This document shows, piece after piece, positions 28,622 through 39,775 of a stretch of DNA of 58,452 nt. The notes under the pieces were generated by a model, which made no database searches, had not been told where the DNA came from, and saw only the letters and a program-made list of their open reading frames with translations. Each line of letters opens with the position of its first letter. Positions within the stretch are counted from its first letter, which is position 1. This DNA comes from Candidatus Onthovivens sp. (GTDB taxonomy: Bacteria > Bacillota_I > Bacilli_A > RFN20 > CAG-826). Location of the stretch: NCBI GenBank assembly GCA_034087725.1, contig JAXDXW010000071.1, forward strand, positions 1 to 58,452. Reading direction: 5' to 3'. The position numbers were made by a program, and so were the translations under genes.

Positions 28622-29725
28622 TTAATATATAGGGTAAGTGACTTTTTGTAATCGAGAAGATGGGTAATTTGCTCTTCCTTCTTTAGCTTGTGGCTTGCCA
28701 TCTAGCATAACCAAGTCACCGGTAAAACCGACGGTTGTGTTATTGACAAAACTTGTACCAACTCCATACATTGAAACCGGTACTTTTTCATTGACCCATT
28801 TTTCTATTTTTTCTTTATTAAAAGAAGATGAAACAACAATTTGAACATAATCAAAACCATTTTTATCTAAATTTTCACGAAGAGCATAAATTAATTCTTT
28901 ACAAACACCATGTGGATCAAAACCAGAGGTATCTTTGTCGTCAAAATAGTGGTCAATTAAAGCTTTTGATGTGTCAACACGAACAGCTTTTAGATCATGT
29001 TGCAATATTTTTGCGACTTTTAGTGAATCCTCAACAACATTATTATTGTAATCAATCAACGCAGTAACTTGTTGATCAGGAAAAGTTTTGTGATAAATTT
29101 GGCAAGCTTTCACTATATCACCATCACAAATTTGAATTAAAGCATGTGGCATTGTGCCCATGCCTTTCCCTCCCCACCATAATCCTTGCGCGTCTGTGGA
29201 AACTCTATTTATTCCAGCCACATATGTAGCATATCCGTCACCAACTTGTGTTAAATAATCATCTTGTCTATCCGCCATAGAAAAAACAGGTGTGCCTTTT
29301 GCAACTTTTAAAACTTCATGGACATTAGTCGCTACGCTACTTCTTCTAGCTAAAATTCCATCAATCATACTTTCTAAAAAACCAAAGTTTTCATATTTAC
29401 CTGTAATTTTTAAAACAGGCTCGTTTGCCGAAATAATGTCTCCATCATTTAAAGCTTCAATTTCTAAGGAGCCAGGATCAATTGCAAAAGTATGAATTAA
29501 TGCAATCGCTTCATCAATTCCACAAAGCATCGTGTCGTCTCTTCTTTGAAAAAATTGCATAGTAACAATGTGATTAGGTACATTTTCTAAAACAACTTTC
29601 CTAGTTTTTAAGAAATAATTAGCAGCAAAAAAGCCGTCTTTTAGCCTTGAATCAAATTTAAAAGTCTTATTTGTAAGACGAGAAATTATTCCATTTTCTT
29701 TTAATTTAATTTCTAATTCTTCCAT
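28622..29725 (-). CDS. pncB: Nicotinate phosphoribosyltransferase
   Basis: Motifs ANYFLKT, GTMPHAL, ALIDYNN, VRVDTS and GVGT; type II PRTase fold. Start at ATG 29725 (GGAG RBS). Confidence 0.8.
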   Translation of the reverse strand: MEELEIKLKENGIISRLTNKTFKFDSRLKDGFFAANYFLKTRKVVLENVPNHIVTMQFFQRRDDTMLCGIDEAIALIHTFAIDPGSLEIEALNDGDIISANEPVLKITGKYENFGFLESMIDGILARRSSVATNVHEVLKVAKGTPVFSMADRQDDYLTQVGDGYATYVAGINRVSTDAQGLWWGGKGMGTMPHALIQICDGDIVKACQIYHKTFPDQQVTALIDYNNNVVEDSLKVAKILQHDLKAVRVDTSKALIDHYFDDKDTSGFDPHGVCKELIYALRENLDKNGFDYVQIVVSSSFNKEKIEKWVNEKVPVSMYGVGTSFVNNTTVGFTGDLVMLDGKPQAKEGRANYPSSRLQKVTYPIY

Positions 29726-29726
29726 A

Positions 29727-30332
29727 TTATTTTCTCCAAAAATCTTCACCTACATCATATGAGTCATCTAATTCAAGTAAGCCCTTTTTATTTTCATATC
29801 CATCTAAATTTAACTCTCTACCACTGCAAAGCATTCCATAACTTTCGATTCCTAATAATTTAGCTGGTAAGATTTGTTGACCAGATGGCATAAACGCGTA
29901 TAAATTAGCAAGTACAACTTTCATTCCGACTTTAACATTGCTTGCTCCGCAAACTATTTGAAGCGTATCTTTTCCATTAAATACAGATAAAACATGCAAA
30001 TGGTCGCTGTCTGGATGTTCATCAATTTCTACTATTTGTGCGACTGTAAAACCACTGCTATCTTGATAAGGTAATTTCTCCACTCCTTCATTAATTAATA
30101 TAGAATTTATACAATTTAAAATATCCATATTAATATAAGGTATGAAGCCTTTAGCTTTAATTTTTATAATGGATGAGATATTAAATATATTAATTCCAAC
30201 AATTTTTTCATCTTTGTATAAAATTGTGCAGTGATCCTTTTTAATAACTTTATTTGGATTAGTGTTTGAATTAAATACTATAAATAAAATATCACCAAGT
30301 TTTTCTTTATTATAATATAAACCATATTGCAT
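29727..30332 (-). CDS. YtpR-like tRNA-binding protein (PheT N-terminal-like OB fold)
   Basis: Motifs HPDSDHL, QIVCGASN and GIESYGMLCSGREL. Confidence 0.85.
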   Translation of the reverse strand: MQYGLYYNKEKLGDILFIVFNSNTNPNKVIKKDHCTILYKDEKIVGINIFNISSIIKIKAKGFIPYINMDILNCINSILINEGVEKLPYQDSSGFTVAQIVEIDEHPDSDHLHVLSVFNGKDTLQIVCGASNVKVGMKVVLANLYAFMPSGQQILPAKLLGIESYGMLCSGRELNLDGYENKKGLLELDDSYDVGEDFWRK

Positions 30333-30333
30333 A

Positions 30334-31407
30334 CTACTTACCTTTAAATGATTCAATTAATTCATTATTTAACTTATTTATCATTACTAAAATAGACTTC
30401 TTAGCAGCTAAATAATCGTCAATTCTCATAAACGAAGAACTAGTATGTATGCTTCTAGCACAAATACAATGGGTTAAAGTAGGAATTCCATCTAAACTTT
30501 TGTGAATTATTCCTGCATCTGTTCCTCCTGGAGAATCAAAATATTGATATTTAACGCCAGCTTCTTTGCAGCATTCAATTTGGAAATTTAATAATTTTTT
30601 GAAAGCAATCATTGATCTATCGAAGTATCTAATTAATACTCCCTCTCCTAATTTGCCTAAATCATTTCCTCCTTGAGAGTCTCTAGCTGGTGAACAATCC
30701 AAAACTATTGCTAAATCAGGCTTAATTTTGTTTGCGCTGGTTTGAGCACCTCTACAGCCAACTTCTTCTTGAACACTGCCACCAACATACAAGTCAAATG
30801 GCAAATCAATATCCTTAATTTCGTTTAACAGAATAAGGCCTAATACCAAACCGTATCGATCATCTATTGCTTTAGAAAGGATGCACTCTTTGTTGTAACT
30901 AATTTGAAAATCACCTTTACAAACAACAGGACAGCCAACTTCTACTCCGTTATTAATTGCATCCTCAGAATTTAAAAATCCAAAATCAAACAAAATATCT
31001 TTTTCACTGACTCCACCAGTAGAATTTTTCATTAAATGAGGAGGAATTGTATCTATAGAACCAAAAATTTTCTCTCCCTTATTATTTATCATGACTAATC
31101 TTTGGGAAAGTAATCCATTATAATTAAAGCCTCCTAAAAAAGTAGGAACAATCAATCCATTTGGCAATATTTGCTTAACCATGAATCCGACTTCATCCAT
31201 GTGACCGACAACCATTACTTTTTTTGCATTAGTTTTTTTACTCTTTTTTAATGCAAATATTGAACCTAGATTATCGTAAATTAATTCACAATTTAATTTT
31301 TGATACTCTTTTTTTAAGTAAGCAGCAACATCATTTTCTTGGCCACTTACGCCAATAAGTTCGGTCAATTCTTTAAAATACTTTATTTCTAATTCACTCA
31401 ATTTCAT
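30334..31407 (-). CDS. M42 family aminopeptidase (glutamyl aminopeptidase-like)
   Basis: Motifs GHMDEVG, KAIDDRYG, QEEVGCRGA, GGTDAG and RSIHT. Confidence 0.92.
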   Translation of the reverse strand: MKLSELEIKYFKELTELIGVSGQENDVAAYLKKEYQKLNCELIYDNLGSIFALKKSKKTNAKKVMVVGHMDEVGFMVKQILPNGLIVPTFLGGFNYNGLLSQRLVMINNKGEKIFGSIDTIPPHLMKNSTGGVSEKDILFDFGFLNSEDAINNGVEVGCPVVCKGDFQISYNKECILSKAIDDRYGLVLGLILLNEIKDIDLPFDLYVGGSVQEEVGCRGAQTSANKIKPDLAIVLDCSPARDSQGGNDLGKLGEGVLIRYFDRSMIAFKKLLNFQIECCKEAGVKYQYFDSPGGTDAGIIHKSLDGIPTLTHCICARSIHTSSSFMRIDDYLAAKKSILVMINKLNNELIESFKGK

Positions 31408-32050
31408 CTATTGTATCCTCGCTTTTTTTCAAAATCATTCTATTTATTTTAATACCTTTATTAAAAAATTTTTCTTCGTATTCTGTGACACTATCAAATT
31501 CGTCATCATCTTTATAGTCTTCGCACAAACTTAAAACACTATATTTAAATTTTAAGGCTTGGTCATAACTATAATCAAAGAAAGGTTTATTATCACTTTT
31601 AATATATATATTATGATTAAGCTTTAAAATTTTGTAATATGCTTTAAAAAAATTGTCTGAAGTCAACCTTCTCTTTGTATGTCTTTTTTTTGGCCAAGGA
31701 TCAGAAAAATTTAAAAAAATTCCATCAATAGAATTAGGTTCTAGACAATCAACAATTTTATAAAAATCATCTGCTACTAATTTTACATTAGTTAGTTCGC
31801 TTCTATCTATAGCTTTTAAGCAATATCCTGCAATGGTTTTATTTATTTCTACAACTAGAAAATTGTAATCTGGGTACTTTTTAGCTAATTCAATAATAAA
31901 TTTTCCTTTTCCAGGCCCAATTTCTAAAAATAAATCCTTTTGTTTAGAAAAATTTAAAAAATTGTCTTTTGATAAATCTTCAATTAAAAATTGATTTTTT
32001 AAAGAATTTTTTAAATAATCGACACTTTTTTGTGAATATTTAACTCTCAT
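31394..32050 (-). CDS. trmB: tRNA (guanine-N7)-methyltransferase
   Basis: Motifs LEIGPGKG, LNFSDPWPKKRHTKRRL and TEYEEKF. Confidence 0.96.
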   Translation of the reverse strand: MRVKYSQKSVDYLKNSLKNQFLIEDLSKDNFLNFSKQKDLFLEIGPGKGKFIIELAKKYPDYNFLVVEINKTIAGYCLKAIDRSELTNVKLVADDFYKIVDCLEPNSIDGIFLNFSDPWPKKRHTKRRLTSDNFFKAYYKILKLNHNIYIKSDNKPFFDYSYDQALKFKYSVLSLCEDYKDDDEFDSVTEYEEKFFNKGIKINRMILKKSEDTIDEIE

Positions 32051-33405
32051 TATAAATTACCTAAATCATAAATTGCGTGTGCGTATAAAGATTGAGAAGA
32101 ATAAAAATCTTCAAGATCAATTTTCTCATTCGCCTCATGGATATGATCTTCTTTTCCAGGGAAATGACTGCCAAATGCAACAGTATTCTTAGCCTCTTTT
32201 GCATATGTTCCACCCCCAATTGTCATTGGCTTATTTACAGTGTCTCCTGTTTCTTCAACATATACATTAGCTAACGCTTTTATGAAATCCGTATTTTTTG
32301 GATCATAATATAATACTTCAGATGTAGATAATACTTTTAATGGCAAAATAGAATCTTCGCTAAGTTTATTAATTGCTTTGTTAATTTCAACATTTTCAGG
32401 ATATCTAAAGTTGACAGTCATTGAGAAAATACCATCTACATAGCTGATTAGTCCTACATTATAAGTGGTTTCTCCCATATTTTCAGTTGAATAAAAGCAA
32501 TCCAAATTCTTACCGCTTGGATCTTTATAATCATCAGCAACTCTTTTTAATAAAGGTATATCGTAGGCTTCACCTACACATTTTAAAGCAATTATTCCAC
32601 TATTGATTCCTAACTGAGGTAGAGATCCGTGAGCACTTTTGCCAATGAAATTAATCGTAATTTCATCATCATTTTCATTTAAAACTTCGTATTTAACATC
32701 TGCTTTCGTTAAGTATTCAATTATTTTTTCTTTATTAGTAACTGTTACAACAGCACGATCAATTACACTGTTCGAAACAACCCCTGCTTCAATGGATTTA
32801 ACTGGTCCTAAAAAGACCTTTCCTTCAATTTTGTAGTTTGTAATTCCTTTTTCACCGTAAATTAAAGGAAAATCACCATCAGGCGTAAAGCCATAAGTAG
32901 GCTGTTCTTTTTTTAAATTATTGAAATAGTACTCTAAACATGAAGAACCTCTTTCTTCATCGCAACCAAAAACTAGTTTAACTCTATAATTTTTAATTAA
33001 ATTCGCATCTCTTAGTGCTTTTAAAGCGTAATAAGCCGCAACACCTGGCCCTTTATCGTCACTTGTGCCCCTTCCATACATGACATTGTTAGCAATTTTA
33101 GCTCCAAAAGGTTCATAATCCCGCTTACCACTAACAGGGACAACATCAAGATGAGCAAAAATTCCTATTAACTTAGTTCCTTCTCCACAAGAAATTTCTA
33201 AGCATCTATTATCACATTCATCAACTTGAAAACCATCTTTTAAAGCAACTTCTTTCATATATTGATGAGCAGCTAAACATCCTTTTCCATAAGGAGCATT
33301 TGAAGACACCGTTTTTTCATCGTAAACACTATTTATTTGTATTAATTCAGATAATGTTTTTAAACTCTCTTCTTTATAAGAGCCAACTAATTCTTTAAAA
33401 TTCAT
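32050..33405 (-). CDS. pepV: Dipeptidase PepV (M20/Sapep family)
   Basis: Motifs HLDVVP, GRGTSDDKGP, GCDEE, SAHGS, GGGTYA and HEANE. CGG at 33121-33123 matches the conserved Trp before D.PF. Confidence 0.88.
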   Translation of the reverse strand: MNFKELVGSYKEESLKTLSELIQINSVYDEKTVSSNAPYGKGCLAAHQYMKEVALKDGFQVDECDNRCLEISCGEGTKLIGIFAHLDVVPVSGKRDYEPFGAKIANNVMYGRGTSDDKGPGVAAYYALKALRDANLIKNYRVKLVFGCDEERGSSCLEYYFNNLKKEQPTYGFTPDGDFPLIYGEKGITNYKIEGKVFLGPVKSIEAGVVSNSVIDRAVVTVTNKEKIIEYLTKADVKYEVLNENDDEITINFIGKSAHGSLPQLGINSGIIALKCVGEAYDIPLLKRVADDYKDPSGKNLDCFYSTENMGETTYNVGLISYVDGIFSMTVNFRYPENVEINKAINKLSEDSILPLKVLSTSEVLYYDPKNTDFIKALANVYVEETGDTVNKPMTIGGGTYAKEAKNTVAFGSHFPGKEDHIHEANEKIDLEDFYSSQSLYAHAIYDLGNL

Positions 33406-33506
33406 AAACAACCTCAACGTTTTATATTATATATAAAACGTGATTATAATTCATTAAATAATAGTATTAATAGAAAAAATCGCACAAAATTCTTAAAAAA
33501 TGTAAA

Positions 33507-34166
33507 TCAAGCAGCTTTTGTTTCAATTTTATTAACTTCTTTTTCTTTAACTCCTCCAACTTTAAATAACTTGACAATAAGAGCATAAATTGGAGGGATA
33601 ATAACGCCAGCAATTGTGATTTCAATTAGTGAGCCCCAAATTAAGAACGAGAAAATAAATGCTTGGAAAGTCATATCTTGAATTATTGCACCAAGACCTA
33701 ATGTTGCTGAAATCTTGAATGGATCCAAAATTCCAAATAAATACCACATTATTACAACAATAAATGTGTGAAAGAAACTGCAAAAAATAGTTGTTGGGAT
33801 TAATAGCCGATTAAATCTTGCTTGATTTATAAATTTAATCTTTTTTAACCGATAAAATAAAAGCCCGCTCGCCAATCCGAAAATCATTCTAGGAAAAACA
33901 GAAATAAATGGATTTAAGAAAAAGTAATCTGCTGTTCCTGGGAATTGTACTGCTTTTATTAAACTAAAAATTCCCATGAAAAAGCCATAAAGCAATCCTC
34001 TTTTCCATCCAAACAAAGCGGCGCCTAAAATAACAAATAAATGAATATATGTAAAACTAACAGGACCGATAGTAATATAACCTAAATATGGTACAAATGT
34101 AAAAACTACAAAAATCGCCAAAAACATTGCATCATAAACAATCGATCTAATCTTATCTCTTTTCAT
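33507..34166 (-). CDS. ECF transporter S component (PanT-like, probably pantothenate)
   Basis: Motifs PYLGYITIGP, HLFVILGA and NPFISVFPRM; translationally coupled to coaX; TGA stop. Confidence 0.8.
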   Translation of the reverse strand: MKRDKIRSIVYDAMFLAIFVVFTFVPYLGYITIGPVSFTYIHLFVILGAALFGWKRGLLYGFFMGIFSLIKAVQFPGTADYFFLNPFISVFPRMIFGLASGLLFYRLKKIKFINQARFNRLLIPTTIFCSFFHTFIVVIMWYLFGILDPFKISATLGLGAIIQDMTFQAFIFSFLIWGSLIEITIAGVIIPPIYALIVKLFKVGGVKEKEVNKIETKAA

Positions 34167-34917
34167 ACATATTAACCTTATATATGTGATATAAACCTTT
34201 TAAAACTAAATTATCAATAAATTCAAAATTCTCGATTTTTTTTGCTAAAACCCTGCAAAACCCGCCTGTAATTATTTTTTTTAATGGATATCCTAATTCT
34301 TTTTCAATGCTTTCTGCAAATCCATTGATCAAAAAAATCTGCGAATTTAAAATCCCAGATTGGATGGAATCAACAGTGTTTTTACCTATGATTTTATTTG
34401 GCAAAGTTAAAGGCACTTCCATTAATAACGAAGTAGAACTAACTAAACTTCTCATAGAAGATTGAATGCCAGATGTAATAACCCCACCTACAAAATTTCC
34501 GTTTTTATCTATAACATATAATTTTGTTGCAGTTCCTAAGTCAGCAACTAAAATCGAATGATGATATTGTGCTGCTGCCCCTACAGCTCCACTTAACATA
34601 TCTGCCCCTAATTCACTAGGATTATCAATTTTAATAGGCAATTTCGTTTTCAAACTCTTCCCTACGACTAAAGCATTAACACCAAAAACATCCAAAATCG
34701 AAGCTTTTAAAACTTCGTTCAATGAAGGAACTACACACGAAATTATTGCACCGTCTATGTGATAATTGCTAGATGATATTAATGTTTTAAGAATTATTGA
34801 GTATTCATCACTACTCTTTTTTTTATCAGTATTGATTGAATATGATTTGATAAAATTGTCATTATCAAACAATCCGATTTTAATCATTGTGTTTCCACAA
34901 TCAAAAGTTAAAATCAT
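34153..34917 (-). CDS. coaX: Type III pantothenate kinase
   Basis: Motifs DCGNTMIK, ELGAD, DLGTATK, NTVDSIQSG and TGG. Confidence 0.93.
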   Translation of the reverse strand: MILTFDCGNTMIKIGLFDNDNFIKSYSINTDKKKSSDEYSIILKTLISSSNYHIDGAIISCVVPSLNEVLKASILDVFGVNALVVGKSLKTKLPIKIDNPSELGADMLSGAVGAAAQYHHSILVADLGTATKLYVIDKNGNFVGGVITSGIQSSMRSLVSSTSLLMEVPLTLPNKIIGKNTVDSIQSGILNSQIFLINGFAESIEKELGYPLKKIITGGFCRVLAKKIENFEFIDNLVLKGLYHIYKVNMYEKR

Positions 34918-34980
34918 AAAACCTCCTACAAGCCAAAATACATTTTGGTCTCGTGTATTTTTAACATTTACAGCATATAT

Positions 34981-37131
34981 TTATTTATTTGAATTATCAA
35001 CTTGTTTTATAGACAAAGAGATTCTCTTTTTTTCCGATTCAACACCAATGACTTTAACTTTTACAATATCGTTTACAGAAAATAAATCACTAGGATGCTT
35101 GACATATTTATTAGCTAATTCAGATATATGAACTAATCCGTCTTGGTGAACATTTATATCAACAAAAATTCCGAAATCCATTATATTTCGAACTGTACCG
35201 TTTAAGATCATTCCGACTTTTAAATCTTTTATATCTTTAACCGTATTATTTAATTCAACTATAGAAGCACTTTCGCGAATGTCCCTCCCAGGCTTTTTGA
35301 GTTCTTCAACAATATCTTTCAAGGTCTCTTCGCCAACATTGTTGAGTTTTAAAAACTCACTATTTTTAAATTTAGAAAGTGCATCACTAATTTCAAAAAA
35401 GTCATTATTTTCAAAAGAAACCCCGCAAAACTCAAGTATTTTTTTAGAAATTGAGTAACTTTCTGGGTGAATTCCTGTGTTGTCAAGTGGATTACCACCA
35501 TCTGGTATTCTTAAAAAACCAGCACATTGTTCATAAGATTTATCACCCATTTTAGGTACTTTTTTAAGATCCTCTCTACATTTAAAAGGACCATTTTTAA
35601 CTCTATAATCATAAATATTACTAGCTAGTGTTTTATTTATTCCGCTTACATATTTCAATAAAGAAATTGAAGCGCTATTCAAATTTACACCTACAGAATT
35701 GACACAGTCTTCGACAACATTTGTTAAAGCAAAATCAAGTTTACTTTGATTCATATCGTGTTGATATTGCCCAACGCCAATAGATTTAGGATCTATTTTA
35801 ACTAACTCTGCTAATGGATCTTGAAGTCTTCTTGCTAAGGATATTGCCGATCTTTTTTCAACTGTTAAATTCGGAAATTCTTCTTCTCCCAGTTTGGAAG
35901 CACTATATACGCTAGCTCCACTTTCGTTAACAATAAATATTTTTGTTTTAAATTTATTATCTATTAAAATTTTAGATAAAACTTCTTCACTTTCTCTACT
36001 AGCAGTACCATTTCCTAAAGCGATATAATCAACTCTATTGTTTTTAAGCAAACTAGTAATTTCAGAAATGCCTTTTTCTACATCATTTTTTGAATTAGAT
36101 GTTATATAAACCTGTCCAATTTTAAGAGGATTACCAAAATTATCAACCAAAGCATACTTGCACCCAGTTCTAAAACCAGGATCAAAACCTAATACATAAA
36201 TATCTTTGATTGGTGGATACATTAATAACTGATAAAGATTCTTTTTAAAAACCTCAATTGATTTATCTTCAGCAATCGAAAATAAATCACTTCTAATTTC
36301 GTTCTCAACAGATGGGAGAATCAAACGCTTTAAAGAGTCCTTTATACATGCTTGCAAAATATTTTTATTTGGATTGATCTCTATCATTTCCTTTTTTGAA
36401 ATAAAATACTCTATTTCATCAAAATCATATTCCAAAAAAATTTTAAGACATTTCTCGTTTTCGCCTCTATTCATAGCTAAAATCCTATGAGGAGGTATAC
36501 TCTTTATACTTTCTGAGTAATTGGCATATTGATGATAGGTATCTTTTTCGTCTTTTTGAACTTCTTTTGAACAAATTTTACCATTCTTATATATTCTGTT
36601 TTTAATATATTTCCTATAGTCCGCATTATCACTTATATCTTCTGCGATAATATCAGAGGCACCAGCAATTGCATCTTCTACATTTAAGACATTTTTTTCT
36701 TCATTAATAAATTTTTTTGCAAATTCAAAAATATCTTTTTGTCCATCATTAATTGCTTTAGCAAGTTCATTCAAGCCCTTTTCCCTAGCAATAGAGGCTC
36801 TCGTTCTTTTTTTAGGTTTATATGGACGATAAATATCCTCTAGGTCGATCAAAACAAAACAATTTTCTATTTGTTCCTTTAAATCATCAGTTAATTTACC
36901 TTGCTCATTTATAGACTTGATGATTGTTTGAGCGCGTTCATCTACTTTTCTAAGATAAATCAATCTATCTTCAAGTTTTCTTAAATCATTATCAGTTAAA
37001 TTACCAGTGGCTTCTTTTCTATATCTTGCAATAAAAGGTATTGTATTTCCTTCGTCAATTAAGTTTATAGCAGAAGAAACACTAGTCTTCTTTAACGATA
37101 ATTCATCACTTATTATCTCAACTATATTCAT
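34981..37131 (-). CDS. tex: Tex family transcription accessory protein (S1 RNA-binding)
   Basis: Motifs TIPFIARYRKEATG, DPGFRTGCK, GVGQYQHD and C-terminal S1 domain. Start at ATG 37131. Confidence 0.95.
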   Translation of the reverse strand: MNIVEIISDELSLKKTSVSSAINLIDEGNTIPFIARYRKEATGNLTDNDLRKLEDRLIYLRKVDERAQTIIKSINEQGKLTDDLKEQIENCFVLIDLEDIYRPYKPKKRTRASIAREKGLNELAKAINDGQKDIFEFAKKFINEEKNVLNVEDAIAGASDIIAEDISDNADYRKYIKNRIYKNGKICSKEVQKDEKDTYHQYANYSESIKSIPPHRILAMNRGENEKCLKIFLEYDFDEIEYFISKKEMIEINPNKNILQACIKDSLKRLILPSVENEIRSDLFSIAEDKSIEVFKKNLYQLLMYPPIKDIYVLGFDPGFRTGCKYALVDNFGNPLKIGQVYITSNSKNDVEKGISEITSLLKNNRVDYIALGNGTASRESEEVLSKILIDNKFKTKIFIVNESGASVYSASKLGEEEFPNLTVEKRSAISLARRLQDPLAELVKIDPKSIGVGQYQHDMNQSKLDFALTNVVEDCVNSVGVNLNSASISLLKYVSGINKTLASNIYDYRVKNGPFKCREDLKKVPKMGDKSYEQCAGFLRIPDGGNPLDNTGIHPESYSISKKILEFCGVSFENNDFFEISDALSKFKNSEFLKLNNVGEETLKDIVEELKKPGRDIRESASIVELNNTVKDIKDLKVGMILNGTVRNIMDFGIFVDINVHQDGLVHISELANKYVKHPSDLFSVNDIVKVKVIGVESEKKRISLSIKQVDNSNK

Positions 37132-37132
37132 T

Positions 37133-39538
37133 TTAGATAGCCACAATATTTACAATTCTATTTTTTACAACTATTACTTTTTTAATAGTTTTACCTTCAG
37201 TATTTTTTATAACATTAGGTGAGGCTAAAGCTAATGCTTTAACTTTCTCATCATCTTCGTCCTTATTAATTTCGATTGTATCTCTAAGTTTCCCATTTAC
37301 TTGAATAGCAATCTTAACAGTCGATAAAACTAGAGCTTTTTCATCATATTCTGGCCATTTTTCAAATGTAATTAATTGCTCGTGACCTAAAATATTCCAA
37401 ATTTCTTCGCCTACAAAAGGACAAATACAATAAAACATTTTTATAAAGTTTTCAATATATGGCTTATAAATAGATTTAGCCTTGTAAACTTCATTAATAA
37501 AAATCATCATTTGAGATATAGCAGTATTAAATTGTAAAGACTCAAAATCTGAAGTAACTTTTTTTACCGTATAGTTATAAACATAATCTAATTCATGACT
37601 ATTCACATCGGAAATTTTATTTTTCAAATTATCGTCTTCAAAAATTCTATAAACTCTATCAATAAATCGCTTACTCCCTTCTAGTCCACTATTAGACCAA
37701 GGCAAGCTAGCCTCTAAAGGTCCCATAAACATTTCATAAAGTCTTAAAGCATCTGCTCCATATTTTTCAACAATTTCATCAGGATTAATGACGTTTCCAC
37801 GAGATTTTGACATTTTCTCACCATTTTCTCCAAGAATCATTCCTTGATGGAAAAGTTTCTTAAATGGTTCTTTGCAACTAACAATTCCTTTGTCATATAA
37901 ATATTTATGCCAAAATCTTGCATAAAGTAAATGCAATACAGCGTGTTCTTGGCCACCTATATATAAATCAACAGGTAACCAGTGATCTAATAATTCTTTC
38001 GAACCAATTTCTTTATCGTTATTTGGATCAATATATCTTAAATAATACCAACAACTTCCAGCCCATTGAGGCATTGTATTTGTTTCACGAGTTGCCTTTC
38101 TGCCATCAACATCAATATGTAGCCACTTTTGTGCGTTAATTAAAGGAGAATCGCCTGTTCCAGAAGGTTTATATTCATCTAATTCTGGTAAAACAAGAGG
38201 TAAATCTTCATTTTTAACTCGACCCATTTCTTTAGTATCATCGAAAGTATAAACTGGTATAGGTTCACCCCGATAACGTTGTCTAGAAAATAGCCAATCA
38301 CGTAATTTATAATTTGTTTTAAAACTTCCTTTTCCTAGTGAAATAAGCTTTTCAGTTATTGCTTTTTTACCATCTTGAATGTTCATTCCATTAATAAAAT
38401 CACTATTTATATGCTTGCCGTCATCTGTATACGCTCCTTCTGAAACATCACTTTCAATGACAATATTAATTGGTAAATTATATTTTTTTGCAAATGCGTA
38501 GTCTCTATCATCATGGGCTGGAACCGCCATAACAGCACCACTTCCATAACTAGCTAAAACATAATCAGCGATATAAATTGGAACCTCTTTATTATTAATA
38601 GGATTAATAGCATATGACCCGGTGAAAACCCCAGTCTTATCTTTATTCAATTCAGTTCTCTCTAAATCTGATTTATGAGAAACTTTTTCAATGTAATTTT
38701 TAACATCATTTCTTTGTTCATCAGTCGTAATTTCTTCAACAAGAGGGTGTTCAGGAGCTAAGCAGCAATAACTACAACCAAATAATGTATCTGCACGTGT
38801 TGTAAAAACTTCAAATGTTTTATCTGAATTCTTGATAGAAAATTCAATCACTGTACCAGTTGATTTTCCGATCCAGTTTCTTTGCATGTCAATAGTCGAT
38901 GAAGGCCAATCTAATCCTTCTAAATCAGCAGAAAGTCTATCAGCATATGAAGTTATTTTAAGCATCCGTTGTCTCATTGGTTTACGAATAACATCGTAAC
39001 CTCCTCTTTCACTTTTCCCATTAATAACTTCTTCGTTGGCTAGAACAGTTCCAAGTTCTGGGCACCAATTTACAGGTTTATAATCGACGTAAGCAAGTCC
39101 ATCATCAAACATTGAAGCAAAAATATATTGAGTCCATTTATAGTAAGAAGGGTCACAAGTTCTAATTTCTCTATCAAAATCATAGCTGAAACCGAGCATT
39201 TGAATTTGTCTTCTAAAATTATCGATATTTCTTAAAGTGAATCCTTCTGGATGTTCATTCATTTTAATAGAATATTGTTCTGCAGGAAGTCCAAAAGCAT
39301 CCCGTCCGATTGGATGGAGAACATTATATCCTTGCATTCTTTTCATTCTTGCAACAATGTCGGTAGCTGTATATCCTTCTGGATGTCCAACATGAAGTCC
39401 TTGTCCGCTAGGATATGGGAACATATCTAAAACATAATATTTTGGTTTTGAAAAATCGTATGTATCGCATTTATATTCTTTTCTTTCAAGCCAAATCTTA
39501 CTCCGCTTTTTTTCTACATTTTTAAAATCGTAAGCCAT
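37133..39538 (-). CDS. leuS: Leucine--tRNA ligase
   Basis: Motifs [31 protein letters not shown] and KMSKS. Four in-frame CGG codons, all at conserved Trp positions. Confidence 0.99.
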   Translation of the reverse strand: MAYDFKNVEKKRSKIWLERKEYKCDTYDFSKPKYYVLDMFPYPSGQGLHVGHPEGYTATDIVARMKRMQGYNVLHPIGRDAFGLPAEQYSIKMNEHPEGFTLRNIDNFRRQIQMLGFSYDFDREIRTCDPSYYKWTQYIFASMFDDGLAYVDYKPVNWCPELGTVLANEEVINGKSERGGYDVIRKPMRQRMLKITSYADRLSADLEGLDWPSSTIDMQRNWIGKSTGTVIEFSIKNSDKTFEVFTTRADTLFGCSYCCLAPEHPLVEEITTDEQRNDVKNYIEKVSHKSDLERTELNKDKTGVFTGSYAINPINNKEVPIYIADYVLASYGSGAVMAVPAHDDRDYAFAKKYNLPINIVIESDVSEGAYTDDGKHINSDFINGMNIQDGKKAITEKLISLGKGSFKTNYKLRDWLFSRQRYRGEPIPVYTFDDTKEMGRVKNEDLPLVLPELDEYKPSGTGDSPLINAQKWLHIDVDGRKATRETNTMPQWAGSCWYYLRYIDPNNDKEIGSKELLDHWLPVDLYIGGQEHAVLHLLYARFWHKYLYDKGIVSCKEPFKKLFHQGMILGENGEKMSKSRGNVINPDEIVEKYGADALRLYEMFMGPLEASLPWSNSGLEGSKRFIDRVYRIFEDDNLKNKISDVNSHELDYVYNYTVKKVTSDFESLQFNTAISQMMIFINEVYKAKSIYKPYIENFIKMFYCICPFVGEEIWNILGHEQLITFEKWPEYDEKALVLSTVKIAIQVNGKLRDTIEINKDEDDEKVKALALASPNVIKNTEGKTIKKVIVVKNRIVNIVAI

Positions 39539-39554
39539 AATATCCTCCTAAAAA

Positions 39555-39725
39555 TTATAAAAATCGTCTCTAAGGACGATTTTATAACCGTGGTACCACC
39601 TTAATTTACTTCAATTGTTGAAGTACACTTTTAAAATTTTAAATAAAAGATGTGAGACTCTAAGTTGCTTAACTGATTTTCACCATCCATCAGCTCTCTT
39701 AATAAGCAGTTTTTAGATTAATCAT
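39555..39725 (-). promoter_or_regulatory. T-box riboswitch (Leu) upstream of leuS
   Basis: Minus strand carries the stem I AGAGAGCTGA...GGTGAAAATCAG, a candidate specifier CTC at 39654-39656, the T-box AAGGTGGTACCACG and a terminator AAAATCGTC...GACGATTTT. Confidence 0.88.
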
Positions 39726-39775
39726 CTTTGTTATTTTAACATAAATACTTTTATTCTCAAATATTTAAAGTCTTT

